DNA of 64,000 nt from contig CAXWPL010000005.1 of the NCBI GenBank assembly GCA_963666215.2, positions 992,001-1,056,000 on the forward strand, in the 5' to 3' direction. This DNA is from Acidobacteriota bacterium. GTDB taxonomy: Bacteria; Acidobacteriota; UBA890; WLXD01. Positions 9,918 to 21,034 of this stretch are shown here, one piece after another. The notes under the pieces were generated by a model. The model ran no database searches and was not told the DNA's origin. It saw only the letters and a program-made list of their open reading frames with translations. Every line of letters starts with the position of its first letter. The stretch's first letter is position 1. A program made the translations under genes and the position numbers.

Positions 9918-10943
9918 CTACATCACGAGGGCGGGAGGCGCCACAGGGCCGGCGATGCGGGCCGGGTCGAAGAAGCCCTCCGCGATCCAGTGCCCTGCGA
10001 CCTCACTATCGCAGCCGGCGTCGCGCCAGGCGGCGGCCGCAAGGCCGTCCATGAACCGCAGCAGCCAGGGCCGCGCGTCCTCGGGCGAGAACCCTCGCCA
10101 CAAGTAATCGCCTGCGATGAGAGGATCGCAGGCGCCCACCGATATCCACCGCAGCGCCCGCTCGGGTGGGATTCCGGCTAGGAACCATTGGCCGGCGGCG
10201 TGGGGCTGGAAGCCGTGGGCAGTCCAGAGCTCCTCATCGCCATCGGGAATGCCAGCGTCGGCGTAGTCGAACGCGCCCGTGTACAGGCTGAAGGTCCGTG
10301 CCACGTCAACAACCGCACGGCCGAACTCGGCAGGCAGCAGCAGCGTCCGATCGAGGATCTCGGTCGCGGTGGGTGCGTCGATGTCGTCACCGAGATCCTC
10401 GACGATGGCAAAGCAGGACTCTGCACGCCGTACTCGGCCACATGCCTCGATCAGCTGGCGCTGTAGGCTAGGCTCGCGATTCTCCTGGCCGAACACCTCG
10501 TGACGGGCGATCTCGCCCTCGATGAGATGCCGTTCGACGTACGCGGCCTCACAAAGTGAGGCAACGCGGATCTGAAGCGCGACAGGGTCGTCGAGCAGCG
10601 ACTCGACCGATGTGTGCGGACTGAGCTCCCCGACGAGTGCGCGCAGCCGATGCGCCACGACGTCGAGCAGACGCCAAGCCTTAGAGCCCTCGGCGGTAAG
10701 AACCGGGCGATCGTCGCAGCTGAACAGCGGCTTCTGCTGCTCGAACTCTCGCCACCACCCGGCTATGGCCTCGAGCGCCAGACCCGTCTTGGCAAGGTTG
10801 TCCTGCTGGTGTTCCGATCGCGAAAGCTGCCCGAAGACGGTCTCGAACGCATGCACGCCCTGAAAAGAGGCTGAAAGCCGGTTAATGAAGGCGTGCGAGA
10901 CCTTCAAATCATCTCGCAGCTCCCTGCTCAGCTGTGCACGCAT
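9918..10943 (-). CDS. Hypothetical protein with C-terminal ~13-aa Trp repeats (W-x3-G-x2-P-x2-A)
   Basis: 341-aa ORF with CAGGA SD; repeats WTAHGFQPHAAGQ, WFLAGIPPERALR, WISVGACDPLIAGD, YLWRGFSPEDARP, WRDAGCDSEVAGH and WIAEGFFDP. Confidence 0.75.
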   Translation of the reverse strand: MRAQLSRELRDDLKVSHAFINRLSASFQGVHAFETVFGQLSRSEHQQDNLAKTGLALEAIAGWWREFEQQKPLFSCDDRPVLTAEGSKAWRLLDVVAHRLRALVGELSPHTSVESLLDDPVALQIRVASLCEAAYVERHLIEGEIARHEVFGQENREPSLQRQLIEACGRVRRAESCFAIVEDLGDDIDAPTATEILDRTLLLPAEFGRAVVDVARTFSLYTGAFDYADAGIPDGDEELWTAHGFQPHAAGQWFLAGIPPERALRWISVGACDPLIAGDYLWRGFSPEDARPWLLRFMDGLAAAAWRDAGCDSEVAGHWIAEGFFDPARIAGPVAPPALVM

Positions 10944-10968
10944 GTCCTGACCTGATCCAATGGGATCG

Positions 10969-10996
10969 ATTAGAATTTAATATCAATGATTGTCAA
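10969..10996 (-). promoter_or_regulatory. Putative sigma70 promoter for the 9918..10943 gene
   Basis: Minus strand TTGACA-N16-TCTAAT within an unusually AT-rich stretch (~10965-11040). Confidence 0.6.
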
Positions 10997-11083
10997 AGCA
11001 TCTTATTGACTCCAAAAACACATACAAAGCCAAAATAGACCACGCCGTCGGTTACCCCCGATCGCCCACCTGGGAACGTCCCG

Positions 11084-11671
11084 CTAGCCGAGGCGCGGAA
11101 AGAACCGCGGCACGCGTTCGCTGTACTCGGCGTAGGCCTGGCCGAAGCGGTCACGCAGCTCGCGTTCCTCAGCGACCAGCAGCAGATAGCCGAACGGCAC
11201 ACACAGCGCCAAGAGCACGTACAGCGCCAGGTAGTTGCAGAACAACGACAGCGCGCCCAACCCAATCAGCACGCCGAGGTAGCGCGGATGTCGCACGCGC
11301 CCGTAGATGCCCTTGTCCAACAGGACAGGTTGCTGGCGGTCGGGCGCGATCTCGGGAAGCCCAACCAGGATCTTCAGCTCGAGGTGACGGCGGGCCTCCA
11401 CCTCGATGTACGCCGACGTGGCGTACAGGACGACTGCCGGACCCCACAGCCAACGGTTGGTGCCGTATTCGGCGGCCATGAGCCAGGCGCGTTGGGTGAA
11501 AACGAGGTAGCCGATCACCACCATCTGCCCGAAGGCCACCGTGTACGTAATCAACGGCCCGACCCGACGCCAGGTGCTGGCAAACGGATGCACGACGAAC
11601 CAGAAGACCAGCGCCGGAACACAGGTCACAACCAGGACCAGCGCCAAGTAATAACGACCGGTGTCGAGCAT
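11084..11671 (-). CDS. Isoprenylcysteine carboxyl methyltransferase/PEMT-family membrane protein
   Basis: GIYGRVRHPRYLG, EERELRDRFGQAYAEY and VPRFFP; multiple TM helices. Confidence 0.88.
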   Translation of the reverse strand: MLDTGRYYLALVLVVTCVPALVFWFVVHPFASTWRRVGPLITYTVAFGQMVVIGYLVFTQRAWLMAAEYGTNRWLWGPAVVLYATSAYIEVEARRHLELKILVGLPEIAPDRQQPVLLDKGIYGRVRHPRYLGVLIGLGALSLFCNYLALYVLLALCVPFGYLLLVAEERELRDRFGQAYAEYSERVPRFFPRLG

Positions 11672-11763
11672 CGCATCGCTCCGATGTGGTCTTAGGCTGC
11701 GCGGAGGCTACACGCTGGGTGTGGAGCTCGCCACCGCTCGCCCGAGCCGGAACCCAGGCGGTG

Positions 11764-12435
11764 CTAGCTCCACCGCGAAAGCACCTCGGGAAGCTCGGCA
11801 AGCGACCGCAACACGCGGTCGGCACGACGCAGCCTCGAATCACCGAGCAGCGAGACATCGGGCACGACAACGCATCTCATGCCGGCTGCCAGGGCCGAGT
11901 CCATTCCGGCGATCGAGTCCTCGATCGCGAGACATTCCGTTGCTTCGACCTGCAGGATTCGGGCGGCCGAAAGGTAGACATCGGGATGGGGCTTGCCGCG
12001 CGCTTCGAGCTCGGCGGAACAGACCGCGTCGAAGGCGTCGTCCAGGCCAAGCCGGTGCAAGGTGGCGTTGATGAGCCGCAGAGGCGACGAAGACGCCAGC
12101 GCGACCCCCGACACGCACCGCCGAGCACAATCGACGGACTCGAGCGCGCCTGCAATCGGCTCACCGCGCTCGCTGACGATGGCGACCACGCGATCGAGGA
12201 TGTTCTCCACCAGGGCCGCCGCGGGAAAGACGTCGGTGTTCCACGGCCGCGCCGCCAACCAGTGCGCCACCACGGAGTCGACTCTCATGCCCATCGTTGT
12301 CGTACAGTCGGCCCGAGTCAGCTCAACGCCAACACTGTCGAACGCAGCGATCTCCGCTTCCTGCCAGAACGGCTCCGAGTCGACGAGCACGCCGTCCATG
12401 TCGAAGATGACGGCGGCTAGCGCCGCCTTGCTCAC
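11764..12435 (-). CDS. HAD-family sugar phosphatase, HxpB/YniC-like
   Basis: [25 protein letters not shown] and IEDSIAG. Confidence 0.88.
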   Translation of the reverse strand: MSKAALAAVIFDMDGVLVDSEPFWQEAEIAAFDSVGVELTRADCTTTMGMRVDSVVAHWLAARPWNTDVFPAAALVENILDRVVAIVSERGEPIAGALESVDCARRCVSGVALASSSPLRLINATLHRLGLDDAFDAVCSAELEARGKPHPDVYLSAARILQVEATECLAIEDSIAGMDSALAAGMRCVVVPDVSLLGDSRLRRADRVLRSLAELPEVLSRWS

Positions 12436-12902
12436 CGAACTGCTGTGTCCGAGCTGTCGGCGGCTCCGTCTGTATCCTCATCGGCCTCGCGCTGCTCGAG
12501 CTGCAACGAAGCGGAGTTGATGCAGTAACGCTGGCCGCCAGGCTGTGGCCCGTCGGGAAACACGTGGCCGAGGTGTGAGTCGCAGCTGCCGCAGAGCACC
12601 TCCACCCGGCGCATGCCGTGGCTGGTGTCCTCGCGGGTTACGACGTTGGTCTCGTCGATGGCTTCGTAGAAGCTCGGCCAGCCGCTCCCCGAGTCGTACT
12701 TGGTGTCGGAGGAGAACAACTCCGCGTCGCAACACACGCAGCGATACAAGCCCGGGGTCTTGCAGTCGTGATAGGCGTTGTCGAACGGCGCCTCGGTGCC
12801 GCCGCATCGTGCTACGCGGTACTGCTCTGCATCGAGCTGCGCGCGCCACTCTTCGTCCGACTTCTGTGTTGTCTCTGCGTCGGTAGCCGGGTCCATTGTC
12901 AT
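12432..12902 (-). CDS. msrB: Peptide-methionine (R)-S-oxide reductase
   Basis: [27 protein letters not shown] and RYCINS; GAGGAGG SD before ATG 12902. Confidence 0.95.
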   Translation of the reverse strand: MTMDPATDAETTQKSDEEWRAQLDAEQYRVARCGGTEAPFDNAYHDCKTPGLYRCVCCDAELFSSDTKYDSGSGWPSFYEAIDETNVVTREDTSHGMRRVEVLCGSCDSHLGHVFPDGPQPGGQRYCINSASLQLEQREADEDTDGAADSSDTAVR

Positions 12903-13251
12903 CGGGTTCCTCCTCGCATGTTCACTCGAGCGACCCTCGAGCTCAGCCGCCTGATCGATCGCGAACAGCAACGAGCCGGGCCGCTCGGCCGGTCTGGCAA
13001 AAGCGTAGCCGAGGTCCGACAGTCACGTCCGCCACGCCTCATCGGCGACGAAATCGAGCTCGGCGTTGTGGCGAGGAAAACGGTAGGACAACATTCCCCT
13101 CAGCGCGGGCTCGTTTTCGAGATTCCCCGCGCGACACTCAGGTTCCGCCGGGGTGCACCCAGACAGCCGGACAATCGACGCGGTCGCCCGGGTGGCGGCC
13201 GGCAACAATCGGCACCCTAGCGATGGCGTCACGAACCCAAGGAGACAACCC

Positions 13252-15081
13252 ATGCGAACCCTGCGGCGCACGCTGCTCACCACGACCACACTTCTGGCAC
13301 TGGCGATGACGGTGCGCATCGATCCATCGGAGACATGGGGGACCCCGGACGAACCCATCCTCTCGGGGCAACAAGAGGCGTCGGAGCCCGGACCTGCCGC
13401 CGGCTACGACCGGCCGGCTCGGAGCACGAAGGGCAGCCGCTCGGAGATGATCGCACCTCAGGCGATGGTGGCAGCCAGCCAACCGCTCGCCGCGCAGGTC
13501 GGCATCGACATCCTGAAGGCCGGCGGCAACGCCATCGATGCCGCGGTCGCGGTCAACGCGATGCTCGGTTTGGTGGAACCGCATATGAACGGCATCGGTG
13601 GCGATCTGTTCGCGTTGGTGTGGAACGCCGATGAGGGCAAGCTCCATGCCCTCAACGGCACCGGACGCTCGCCGCACGCCATCAATGCCGAGGTCTTCCA
13701 TGAGCGCGACCTCGATCGGGTCCCGAGCAGCGGGCCGCTGAGTTGGACCGTGCCCGGCGCCGTCGATGCCTGGGCCGAGCTTCTGGAACGCCACGGCACG
13801 ATGTCATTGGCGCAGGTGCTCGCGCCCTCGATCCACTACGCACGCAACGGCTTCCCCGTTAGCGAGATCATCGCGGGGCAGTGGCAGGAGGCCGCCGACG
13901 GACTGGCTGAATGGCCCGACTCGGCCAGCACCTATCTTCCAGGTGGTCGCGCGCCGACGAAGGGCGAGCTCTTCCGCAACCCGAACCTGGCGCGCGCCTA
14001 CGAGATGATCGGATCCGAGGGACGGGATGTCTTCTATCGCGGCCCGATCGCCGAGCGCATCGTCGCGTTCAGTCGCGCCAACGACGGATATTTCTCCGTA
14101 CAAGACTTCGCCGAGCACACGTCGACGTGGGTCGAACCGGTGAGCACGAGCTACCGCGGACACGACGTCTGGCAACTACCGCCCAACAGCCACGGGATCA
14201 CAGCGCTCCTGATGCTGAACCTGCTGGAGGGCTACGACCTCGAGAGCCTGGGCCGGAACAGCGCCGAGTCCTTGCACCTGATGGTGGAGGCCAAGAAGCT
14301 CGCCTTCGCCGACCGCAGCTTCTACGTCTCCGACCCGGAGTTCAGCAGGCTACCCATTGCAGAGCTCATCTCCAAACCGTACGCCGTGGCTCGCAGGAAC
14401 CTCATCGACATGGCCCACGCCGCGATGTCGGTGGCTCCCGGCGACCCGGCCGCGTTCACCTCGGGCGCCGCCCCTGCCTCTGCCGGCACTCACGAGCCGC
14501 GCGTCGACCTGCTCGAACACGGCGACACCGTCTACCTGACCGTTGTCGACAAGGACCGCAACGCCGTCTCGCTGATCCAGAGCATCTTCAGCGCCTTCGG
14601 GTCGAAGGTCGTCCCCGGTGACCTCGGCTTCGCCCTTCAGAACCGCGGCACCGGCTTCTCGCTCGAGGTCGGACACCTGAACATGCTCGAGCCCAACAAG
14701 CGCTCGCTGCACACCAACATGCCCGGCATGGTTACCCGCGACGGCGTCCCCTATCTCGTCTACGGCGTCATGGGCGGAAACATGCAGCCGCAGGGTCATA
14801 CGCAAGTACTGGCCAATATCATCGACTTCGGCCTGGGCATTCAGGAGGCGGGTGACGCCGCGCGCTTCCGCCACGTCGGTGGCGACAACGGCGGCACCGT
14901 GCTGCTCGAGTCCGGCGTCTCCGACGAAGTCGTCGCCGCGCTCGAAGCCCTGGGCCACACCGTCGAGCGTGCCGGCGGCGGCGCCATGGGCGGCTACCAG
15001 GCGATCTGGATCAACCCCGCCACCGGAATGCTCCACGGCGGCACCGACCCACGAAAAGACGGCGTGGCGCTGGGGTACTAG
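13252..15081 (+). CDS. ggt: Gamma-glutamyltransferase
   Basis: GGNAIDAAVA, GIGGDLF, catalytic Thr in DTVYLTVVD, QNRG, GGNMQPQGH and GGTDPRKDG; AAGGAG SD. Confidence 0.93.
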   Translation: MRTLRRTLLTTTTLLALAMTVRIDPSETWGTPDEPILSGQQEASEPGPAAGYDRPARSTKGSRSEMIAPQAMVAASQPLAAQVGIDILKAGGNAIDAAVAVNAMLGLVEPHMNGIGGDLFALVWNADEGKLHALNGTGRSPHAINAEVFHERDLDRVPSSGPLSWTVPGAVDAWAELLERHGTMSLAQVLAPSIHYARNGFPVSEIIAGQWQEAADGLAEWPDSASTYLPGGRAPTKGELFRNPNLARAYEMIGSEGRDVFYRGPIAERIVAFSRANDGYFSVQDFAEHTSTWVEPVSTSYRGHDVWQLPPNSHGITALLMLNLLEGYDLESLGRNSAESLHLMVEAKKLAFADRSFYVSDPEFSRLPIAELISKPYAVARRNLIDMAHAAMSVAPGDPAAFTSGAAPASAGTHEPRVDLLEHGDTVYLTVVDKDRNAVSLIQSIFSAFGSKVVPGDLGFALQNRGTGFSLEVGHLNMLEPNKRSLHTNMPGMVTRDGVPYLVYGVMGGNMQPQGHTQVLANIIDFGLGIQEAGDAARFRHVGGDNGGTVLLESGVSDEVVAALEALGHTVERAGGGAMGGYQAIWINPATGMLHGGTDPRKDGVALGY

Positions 15082-15141
15082 CCGGCTGGCCGCCCATCCG
15101 GCACAACTCGACGAGATCCGTCGCGCCCAGGCACTGGCCCA

Positions 15142-15760
15142 ATGTCCGCAGCTGCAGCGACCGCAGAGACGCACGTGAACCCGCCGATCCGGCGGTGCCA
15201 GTGGGTGTCGAATGGCGACGCGATCGACGTCGATTATCACGACCGTGAGTGGGGCGTACCGGTTCGCAACGATCGTCTGCTGTTCGAGTTCCTGACGCTC
15301 GAGGGCGCCCAAGCCGGATTGAGCTGGGCAACGATCCTGCGCAAGCGCGAAGGCTATCGCCGAGCCTTCGCCAACTTCGACGTGGCGCGCGTGGCGCGGT
15401 TGAACTCTCGTTCCGTCGAACGCCTGATGAAAGACGCCTCGATCGTACGCAACCGGCTGAAAATCGAGTCGACCATCAGCAACGCGAAGGCTTTCCTCCG
15501 GCTGCGGGAACGGGAGGCGAGCTTCGCGGCCTACCTGTGGCGATTCGTCGACGACGCCCCCATCCAGCAACAGGTTCGCTCGTATGTCGGAGATGCCAGC
15601 CAAGACCGAGCTCTCCGACACCCTGAGCAAAGATCTCGAGAAACGCGGTTTTCGCTTCGTCGGCTCCACCATCTGCTACGCCTATATGCAAGCGGCCGGC
15701 CTGGTGAACGACCACACGGTGGATTGCTTCCGACACTCCGAGGTGGCCGCTCTCGGCTAG
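15142..15760 (+). pseudogene. tag: DNA-3-methyladenine glycosylase I with a +1 frameshift near 15568
   Basis: YHDREWGVP and LEGAQAGLSWATIL in the first frame; the conserved C-terminus (SKDLEKRGFRFVGSTICYAYMQAAGLVNDH...CF) continues in the next frame to TAG at 15758-15760. Confidence 0.88.
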
Positions 15761-15788
15761 CGTGCTCGCGTGCTCGCGTGCTCGCGTG
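15760..15788. repeat. GCGTGCTC octamer tandem repeat (3.6 copies)
   Basis: GCGTGCTC x3 plus GCGTG immediately after the tag stop codon. Confidence 0.8.
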
Positions 15789-15868
15789 GCGGAACGGCAG
15801 CTCCGCCGCTGCCGCGAGCGGCTCCCAGCTCTGCTGGGCAGCGCCCCCCGACAGCTGGCCGCGGCAAT

Positions 15869-15960
15869 GTGGAGGGCCTGATTCTTGGTCGCCGACAAGA
15901 CGAGACCGACGCTAGTGGAGGGCTCGATTCCTGGCCGCCGACAAGACGAGCCCGACGCTA
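15869..15960. repeat. 46-bp tandem direct repeat, 2 copies
   Basis: GTGGAGGGCCTGATTCTTGGTCGCCGACAAGACGAGACCGACGCTA vs GTGGAGGGCTCGATTCCTGGCCGCCGACAAGACGAGCCCGACGCTA, 41/46 identical. Confidence 0.9.
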
Positions 15961-17130
15961 GCGGTAGTAGCCGTCGCGCTTGACGAGCCGATAGCTCGGC
16001 CGCGTAGACCGCACCGAGATGGCGCGCCATTTCGGCGCCGTTTCCACGTCGTCGCGTGGTGGCTCGTAGCCCACCAAGTACGATGCCCGCAGCAGATTGA
16101 CCACGCCGTCGTAGGCAGCCAACAGCGCCTGCGGCGCCGTGCTGCGGACTACGGTGCCGCCGGTGTTATCGGCGAGGGCATCCAGGACCTTGCCCAGCCG
16201 CTCGTCGCGGTCGGCAGTTCCAAGCACAACTGGAAATATCGGAGTGCCCTCCAGGCGAGCCGCATCGAGCACCTCGTCGAAACGCGTCACGCTGTCTTCG
16301 TCGGCACCGTCGGTGAGCAACACCACCGCACGGCGCCGATGCAGCCGGCCGCTCTCGTCAACCGCCGCGCCGGCGGCACCGCACGAAACCGGAGCGCCCA
16401 CAGTGGTCGTTGGCAGCGAGCGCGTCGCATCGTTGACCTGCAATCGGAGCTCTGCGGCCGTGAGTCGAAGATCGGCCGGCAACTCGGCCGAGCCATCGCT
16501 CCCAGCGGCACCGCCCGCCTGCGCGTCGTCTCGAGGGGCTCGCGGCGGTCCTTCGCCCTCACTCGGATCTACACGGCCGGCCTCCAGATCGGCGGGTCGA
16601 GCTCCGCCGTGGATTGTCTGGATCGCCACCGCGAGCGCATCGTAGAGTGCCGTTCCGCCTTCCATCCGAATCGCGTCGATCCGCCGTCCGGTTTGCGGAT
16701 CGAGCGCCTTACCCCAATAGCCGGGTCCGACTTCCTCGTTGAAAGGCAACACATAAACGCAGTCGCGCACGCCCAGGCGGGTGATGAAGGTCTTGGCGGC
16801 GCGACGGGCGATCTTGGCCCAGTGGAACAGGCTGGTCGACGAGTCCATCACCAGGGCCACGTCGAGAGGCGCGTCGTCGGGAGCGAGAAAGAAGCTGATC
16901 TCCTGCCGGACGTCCTCTTCATAAACCCGAAAATCGCTGGCGGTGAGGTCGCGCACCGGGTTGCCGTCGGCATCGAGCACCGCGACGCTGTGCACCGCCA
17001 GGGCGACGTCGGAGCGGAACGAGGGAACTACCGCCTGCTGCGCACCACCCACCGAGCCGGTGCTCCCCACGACGACAAGAACGGCCATCGCCAGCCATCG
17101 CCGGATTCTCTCTGCCCACGCACTACGCAT
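15958..17130 (-). CDS. Secreted VWA-domain protein (acidobacterial VWFA type)
   Basis: Signal peptide, FRSDV, PVRDLTASDFRVYEE, MIDAS motif DSSTS, GGTALYDA, LLTDGADEDS and YLVGYEP. Confidence 0.88.
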   Translation of the reverse strand: MRSAWAERIRRWLAMAVLVVVGSTGSVGGAQQAVVPSFRSDVALAVHSVAVLDADGNPVRDLTASDFRVYEEDVRQEISFFLAPDDAPLDVALVMDSSTSLFHWAKIARRAAKTFITRLGVRDCVYVLPFNEEVGPGYWGKALDPQTGRRIDAIRMEGGTALYDALAVAIQTIHGGARPADLEAGRVDPSEGEGPPRAPRDDAQAGGAAGSDGSAELPADLRLTAAELRLQVNDATRSLPTTTVGAPVSCGAAGAAVDESGRLHRRRAVVLLTDGADEDSVTRFDEVLDAARLEGTPIFPVVLGTADRDERLGKVLDALADNTGGTVVRSTAPQALLAAYDGVVNLLRASYLVGYEPPRDDVETAPKWRAISVRSTRPSYRLVKRDGYYR

Positions 17131-17289
17131 CCGAGTACGTTAGCGACTCGCCCTGCACTACCGCAACGCACTTTCGCGTGCACGACACGCGGCGAGCCGG
17201 CGCTAACGCGCGCCGCGTGCTCGGACCGTTTTGCGTAAAGGTTGCGATGGCGACGCCGAAACGGAACCTGGAACGGCCTCGGGTGCTGC

Positions 17290-17710
17290 CTATTGCCGTT
17301 CTGGGAACTGCGTAAAAGCCCCCGCGGTAACGATGAGATCGGGCTCGAAGGGCTCGTCGTACCAGGGCGAGGGCGGGGCCCGACGCTCCGTCCAGCCCTA
17401 GCGACGTGAGCGTGTAGCCGGTGCCAACGCGCCCATAGACCCACGCGTTACCCCAGGTATCGCTCGGCGGGACCGGGCTCATGGAGTTCGGCTCCAGGTC
17501 TGAGAGCGCCGAAGGATACTCACCGAAGTCGACGTGATACGTCCCACTGGCCAACGCGATTTGGTGCATGCCGCCCATCGTCGAGCGCTGACGCGAACGC
17601 TCGTAGGCGGTCAACAACGTGGGCACTGTCAGCAGCGCCAGGATCCCGATGATCGCCAGGGCGATCAACAGCTCGATGAGTGAGAAGCCGCTCTGATTCT
17701 CAGCCTGCAT
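17290..17710 (-). CDS. Type II secretion/type IV pseudopilin (GspG-like), apparent frameshift near 17371
   Basis: Prepilin motif G|FSLIELLIALAIIGIL, DTWGNAWVY and YTLTSLGLDG. A plausible C-terminus SPWYDEPFEPDLIVTAGAFTQFPERQ* lies in the shifted frame ending at 17290. Confidence 0.8.
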
Positions 17711-17798
17711 CGTATGATCCCCTTCGCGATCGGGCCAACTTGACGTCATTAGTCAGTTCTAGTCACCGCCCGCCTTCAAGAACTATTACAAGTCAGAT

Positions 17799-19898
17799 AT
17801 GGACAATCAAGGCCAATCTACTTCGCATCAGAATCGCCTGGCGCAGGAGAGCAGCCCCTATCTGCTGCAGCACGCTGCAAACCCCGTCGACTGGTACCCC
17901 TGGGGAGAAGAAGCGCTCGAGCGCGCCCGCCGCGCCAATCTGCCGATTCTGCTCAGTGTCGGCTACGCCGCGTGCCACTGGTGCCACGTCATGGAGCGCG
18001 AGTCGTTCGAGCACACCGAGACCGCGGCGCTGATGAACGAACGGTTCGTCAGCATCAAGGTGGATCGCGAGGAGCGCCCGGATATCGACGATATCTACAT
18101 GCAGGCCGTGCAGCTGATGACGGGACACGCCGGCTGGCCGCTCACCGTGTTCCTCACCCCCGAGCTGCGTCCCTTCTACGGCGGCACGTACTTCCCTCCC
18201 GATGATCGTCCGGGGCTGCCGTCTTTTCGACGCCTTCTCCTGAGTGTTTCCGAAGCCTTCCGCTCGCAGCGAAGCCAGGTCGACGACATGGCCAAGCAGC
18301 TCCACGAGCGCATGGCCGCGCCGCCGCCGCACCTGGGGGCTGTCGAGCTGTTGTCGGCGGATGTTGTTCGACGCGCCGCGAGCGAGCTGCTCGATCGCTT
18401 CGACCCGGCCACCGGCGGTTTCGGACCGGCCCCCAAGTTCCCTCATCCGACCTCGATCTCCCTCCTGCTCGAGGTCGCGAACCAGCGCCAAGACAAGGAG
18501 CTGCTCCACGCCGCGACCTTCTCGTTGGATCAGATGGCCACGGGTGGTCTGTATGACCACGTCGGAGGCGGATTTCACCGCTATTCAACCGACGCGCGCT
18601 GGCTGGTACCGCACTTCGAGAAGATGCTCTACGACAATGCGCTACTCGCGGTGAGCTATCTCGAGGCCTATCAGGTCATCGGACACGAGGCGTTGGCACG
18701 TGTCGCCACCGAGACGCTCGATTGGACGATCGCCGACATGCAGGGCTCCTCTGGCCGCGGCGGCTACTACTCAACGATCGACGCCGACAGCGAGGGCGTT
18801 GAAGGCCGCTTCTACGTCTGGAGCCTCGCCGACATCGACGAGGCACTCGGCGACAACGCCGAGGCGTTCGCGACAGCGTACGACGTTCTCGAGGGAGGCA
18901 ACTGGGAAGGCTCCACCATCCTCAACCGCCCCCGAGCGATCGCCGAAGTCGCGGGTGAGCTCGAGCTCGAGACCGCGGCGCTCGAAACGTTGCTGCGCGA
19001 GTCGCTCGCGATCTTGAGGAAGCTCCGAGATCAGCGTGTCCGACCCGGCCTCGACGACAAGATCCTCACCGACTGGAACGGGCTGATGATCGCCGCGATG
19101 GCGAAGGCCTACCGCGTAGTCGGCGAGCCACGCTTTCTCGATTCGGCGTTGCGCGCCGCCGGGTTCATCGAGCGCTTCATGTTCAACGCCGACGGGCGCC
19201 TGCTCCACACTCATCGCGATGGCAAGAGCAAGCTGCTGGCCTACTCCGACGACTACGCCAACCTGTTGTGGGCGGCGATCGAGCTCTATGAGTCCACCTT
19301 CGATCGCCGCTGGTTGGCCCTCGCACGCCGCCTGGCTGACGGGTTGATCGAGCTGTTCTGGGACGACGAAGCGGGGGGCTTTTATCTGACCGGCTCCGAC
19401 CACGAGGAGCTGCTCGTGCGTCCGAAGTCGGGCTACGACGGCGCCACTCCGCCCGGCAACGCCGTAGCAGCGGTAGCGCTGCAGCGGCTCGCGACGCTCA
19501 CCGGAGTCGACACCTACCGTGAGCGAGCGCGCGACACGATTTACGCCTTCGGCCCACAGCTCTCGCGCCTTCCGTCTCGCTTCCCGACGCTGTTACGCGC
19601 ACTGCGGCGCCACCTCGAGGGCGGCCGCGAGATCGTCGTTGTGGGCGCGCCCGAAGAACAGGGCACGGCACACGCGGTGCGCACGCTGTGGCGCCAGTTC
19701 GCACCGGCCGACGTGGTGTTGCTGGTCGACCCCGACGAGCCGGGCATCGACGAACTGGAGCGCGAATTGCCTGCCACCGCCGGCAAGATCGACGCGGCCA
19801 AGGGTATGGCGCGGCCAACCTTCTTCGTTTGCGAAAGCTACACCTGCCAGGCGCCGACGACGAATCTCGAAGAGGTGCTGGCAGCGCGCAAGGCCTAG
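17799..19898 (+). CDS. YyaL/SSP411-like thioredoxin-domain, six-hairpin glycosidase-like protein
   Basis: [40 protein letters not shown] and [13 protein letters not shown]. Confidence 0.93.
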   Translation: MDNQGQSTSHQNRLAQESSPYLLQHAANPVDWYPWGEEALERARRANLPILLSVGYAACHWCHVMERESFEHTETAALMNERFVSIKVDREERPDIDDIYMQAVQLMTGHAGWPLTVFLTPELRPFYGGTYFPPDDRPGLPSFRRLLLSVSEAFRSQRSQVDDMAKQLHERMAAPPPHLGAVELLSADVVRRAASELLDRFDPATGGFGPAPKFPHPTSISLLLEVANQRQDKELLHAATFSLDQMATGGLYDHVGGGFHRYSTDARWLVPHFEKMLYDNALLAVSYLEAYQVIGHEALARVATETLDWTIADMQGSSGRGGYYSTIDADSEGVEGRFYVWSLADIDEALGDNAEAFATAYDVLEGGNWEGSTILNRPRAIAEVAGELELETAALETLLRESLAILRKLRDQRVRPGLDDKILTDWNGLMIAAMAKAYRVVGEPRFLDSALRAAGFIERFMFNADGRLLHTHRDGKSKLLAYSDDYANLLWAAIELYESTFDRRWLALARRLADGLIELFWDDEAGGFYLTGSDHEELLVRPKSGYDGATPPGNAVAAVALQRLATLTGVDTYRERARDTIYAFGPQLSRLPSRFPTLLRALRRHLEGGREIVVVGAPEEQGTAHAVRTLWRQFAPADVVLLVDPDEPGIDELERELPATAGKIDAAKGMARPTFFVCESYTCQAPTTNLEEVLAARKA

Positions 19899-20935
19899 CG
19901 GTACAGCCAGACGCCGAGATCCTTCTCCATGCCGGCGTACATCTCCGCCACCCACTCGCCGTAGCCGTTGTAGATCTGTGTGGGAACGCGCGAACCGGTG
20001 TTGATGAACCGCTCGGTGGCCTGCGACCAGCGCGGGTGCGGAACCTCGGGGTTGATGTTGGCCCAGAAACCGTATTCCGAGGCACTCACCTTGTTCCAGA
20101 AGGTTGGCGGCTGCTTGTCGGTGAACACGATGCGGTCGATCGACTTGATGTTCTTGAAACCGAACTTCCAGGGCGTCAGCAAGCGAATTGGAGCGCCATT
20201 CTGCTTCGGCTGCGGCTTGCCGTACGACCCGGTCGCCAACATGGTCAGCTCGTTGCGCGCCTCGGCCATGGTCAGCCCCTCGAAGTAGGGCCACGGATAC
20301 CAGCTCTGCGCTGGGATCCCGGGCATCTGATCGGGCCGGTTGGCGGTGTACATCGCCACGTGGGTCGCGCGCGATTGGGGCTGCACGTGATCGACCAGCG
20401 CGCGCATCGGAATTCCGCACCAGGGAATCACAGCCGACCACGCCTCGACGCAGCGGAAACGGTACACCCGTTCCTCAACAGGCAGCTTGCGCATGAGGTC
20501 TTCGAGGTCGTACGTGCCGGGTTTGTCGACGTGGCCGCTGATCTCGATGGTCCACGGCTCGGTCACGAAGTTATCGACGTGCTCCCACACCTCGTCCTTG
20601 GGCGTGAAGAACTCGTAGAAGTTGTTCCAGGCGTGAGCCTGTCCAGGCGCCGTGATCGGGCGGCCGGCGTTCTCTTCGGTGAAAACGGCGCTCTTGGCTG
20701 GCGGATAGAGATCACCCGCCGGCCCGGTCGGATACACCACCGCGTCTTCATACTCGCGAGCCCTGCCGATCTGCGCGGCAACGCTTTCGGCCACTCCGCA
20801 GCCAGCGGCGAGCCCGCTCAGCCCAACCGTGGTCACGCCCATGCCACGCAGAACGGCGCGGCGGTTGAGGTACGTATCCTCGGAAGTCGTGTCACGCTCG
20901 GGAATCTCCCAGCCACGGCGCTTGCGAATCAGCAT
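19895..20935 (-). CDS. msrP: Protein-methionine-sulfoxide reductase catalytic subunit
   Basis: Tat motif [39 protein letters not shown] and [10 protein letters not shown]. Confidence 0.93.
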   Translation of the reverse strand: MLIRKRRGWEIPERDTTSEDTYLNRRAVLRGMGVTTVGLSGLAAGCGVAESVAAQIGRAREYEDAVVYPTGPAGDLYPPAKSAVFTEENAGRPITAPGQAHAWNNFYEFFTPKDEVWEHVDNFVTEPWTIEISGHVDKPGTYDLEDLMRKLPVEERVYRFRCVEAWSAVIPWCGIPMRALVDHVQPQSRATHVAMYTANRPDQMPGIPAQSWYPWPYFEGLTMAEARNELTMLATGSYGKPQPKQNGAPIRLLTPWKFGFKNIKSIDRIVFTDKQPPTFWNKVSASEYGFWANINPEVPHPRWSQATERFINTGSRVPTQIYNGYGEWVAEMYAGMEKDLGVWLYR

Positions 20936-21034
20936 GTGCGTGTTCTCCAGATTTCTCAGGTAGTTCCGAGAGCTCGGCCGGCGACGGCGGCTGGCAACGT
21001 TCCTGACGCGCCCAGTGCGGTCACTGAAAGTGGC

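Noticed and set aside
12432-12902. Selenocysteine recoding in msrB
   Set aside because: The catalytic residue is an ordinary Cys (RYCINS), with no in-frame TGA.
15869-15960. Possible mini CRISPR array
   Set aside because: The two 46-bp units are adjacent with no unique spacers, and there are no cas genes in the window.
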